Origin: Octopus bimaculoides
Lineage: Eukaryota
Length of the DNA: 61,647 nt
Direction: 5' to 3'
Assembly: GCF_001194135.2 (NCBI RefSeq)
Contig: NC_068993.1
Coordinates: forward strand, 43,304,068 to 43,365,714
Of the stretch, positions 60,835-61,647 are shown piece after piece. The translations under genes and the position numbers were made by a program. Every line of letters starts with the position of its first letter. Position 1 is the first letter of the stretch. The notes under the pieces were generated by a model. It made no database searches, was not told the DNA's origin, and was given only the letters and a program-made list of their open reading frames with translations.

Positions 60835-61080
60835 TGTGTGTAGTTAGGATGTTGCACACACAATCTAGCGATCGTGATTTCAATTCTTAGACCGGGAGGT
60901 GTGTTGTGCTCTTGAGCAAAACCCTTCATCTTGTGTTACCCTGCAAAAACTTCTCGACTTGATGCATGGTACACTGTGCATCTGTTCAGAAAAGGTTGAT
61001 TTGATGGAGAGAGTGAGCTAATGTGCTGCACATGCATTTGATCATTATAAACAAATTGTTTGTACAACTTGTTTGGCAAA
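60835..61080 (+). mobile_element. Further tRNA-derived SINE family with CORE-like start
   Basis: GATCGTGATTTCAATTCTTAGACCGGG box B region and TTGTGCTCTTGAGCAAAAC CORE-like block, then a distinct body. Confidence 0.55.
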
Positions 61081-61460
61081 AGATGAAATCTCATTCGCCA
61101 TCTTCGATGGGAGAGTCCATCACATACACATACAGACATACGCACATAGTTGTATATCATAAATCGATACTGAAATATATTAATGTACTTTATATATATA
61201 TAGATTACTTTGACACAAAGCTGCAGATTGAAATGGTGGGTGTATATAGTGCAATTGATTGCTAGTTCTTTTTTCTTTTTTTTTTGTTTGTTCCTTTTTC
61301 TTTGGTATCCCCTGACAACAGCTATTTGAAGTGACCCTGTCAGAGATTCTACAAGAAGCATAAAGGGCAAAAGCTAAATATGCTCTAAATATTTAATACT
61401 TTTAATAAATCTGTCACACCCCTTCATTACTCAATTATATTGATTACCCTACAACACATA

Positions 61461-61498
<38 letters not shown>

Positions 61499-61604
61499 TG
61501 TCTAAATTTGTATATATATATGTATGCAGATATGCATACACATATATCTATACACAATTATATAGGCACTTATTTATTATATGCGTTTTGCTCCATTTAT
61601 TCTT

Positions 61605-61647
<43 letters not shown>

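Larger units (their letters stand above)
32523..61647 (+). other. Probable Fat4 intron, more than 29 kb, open at the window end
   Basis: I found no downstream segment encoding the expected V-x-I-x-x-x-D-x-N-D-N continuation (search by eye). The region is repeat-filled. Confidence 0.65.

Noticed and set aside
135-61080. tRNA genes
   Set aside because: All box A/box B matches are SINE heads followed by SINE bodies. I saw no complete cloverleaf.
1129-61370. The many HT-, VC-, YI-, SL- and RE-rich or X-filled ORFs
   Set aside because: They are translations of dinucleotide microsatellites and N-gaps.

Overview
Animal genomic DNA from a gapped short-read scaffold. It is very rich in microsatellites and tRNA-derived SINEs, and the style points to a coleoid cephalopod, most likely Octopus (inference from repeat content, not verified). 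N-gaps lie at about 1281-1931, 3131-3695, 5246-5574, 13992-14001, 16876-17310, 18645-18765, 19837-19846, 20737-21431, 22759-23146, 25507-25516, 34516-34615, 41222-41332, 45750-46023, 47078-47126, 52144-52431 and 54097-54483. There is one real protein-coding feature: a 5217-nt first coding exon (+, ATG 27306 to GAG|GTAAGT donor at 32522/32523). It encodes a signal peptide and 16 cadherin repeats of a Fat4 / Drosophila fat orthologue. I found no exon 2, so 32523-61647 is probably all intron. Almost all other ORFs in the track are microsatellite or gap artefacts. The rest is a fossil record of transposons: several SINE families, CR1-group, RTE and Tx1-like LINE fragments, a rearranged mariner, piggyBac- and hAT-type MITEs, and Penelope-like termini. 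The most notable observations are (1) a minimal hammerhead-ribozyme-like motif with an atypical core, in two copies of a Penelope-like terminus; (2) an RTE LINE with a twin-priming-type 5' inversion; (3) a CR1-group LINE 3' tail that shares a double hairpin, with covarying stems, with the commonest SINE; and (4) the giant Fat4 exon, whose intron position and calcium-free linkers look conserved with vertebrates. SINE family labels A, B/C and D are my own working names, and most repeat boundaries are approximate.
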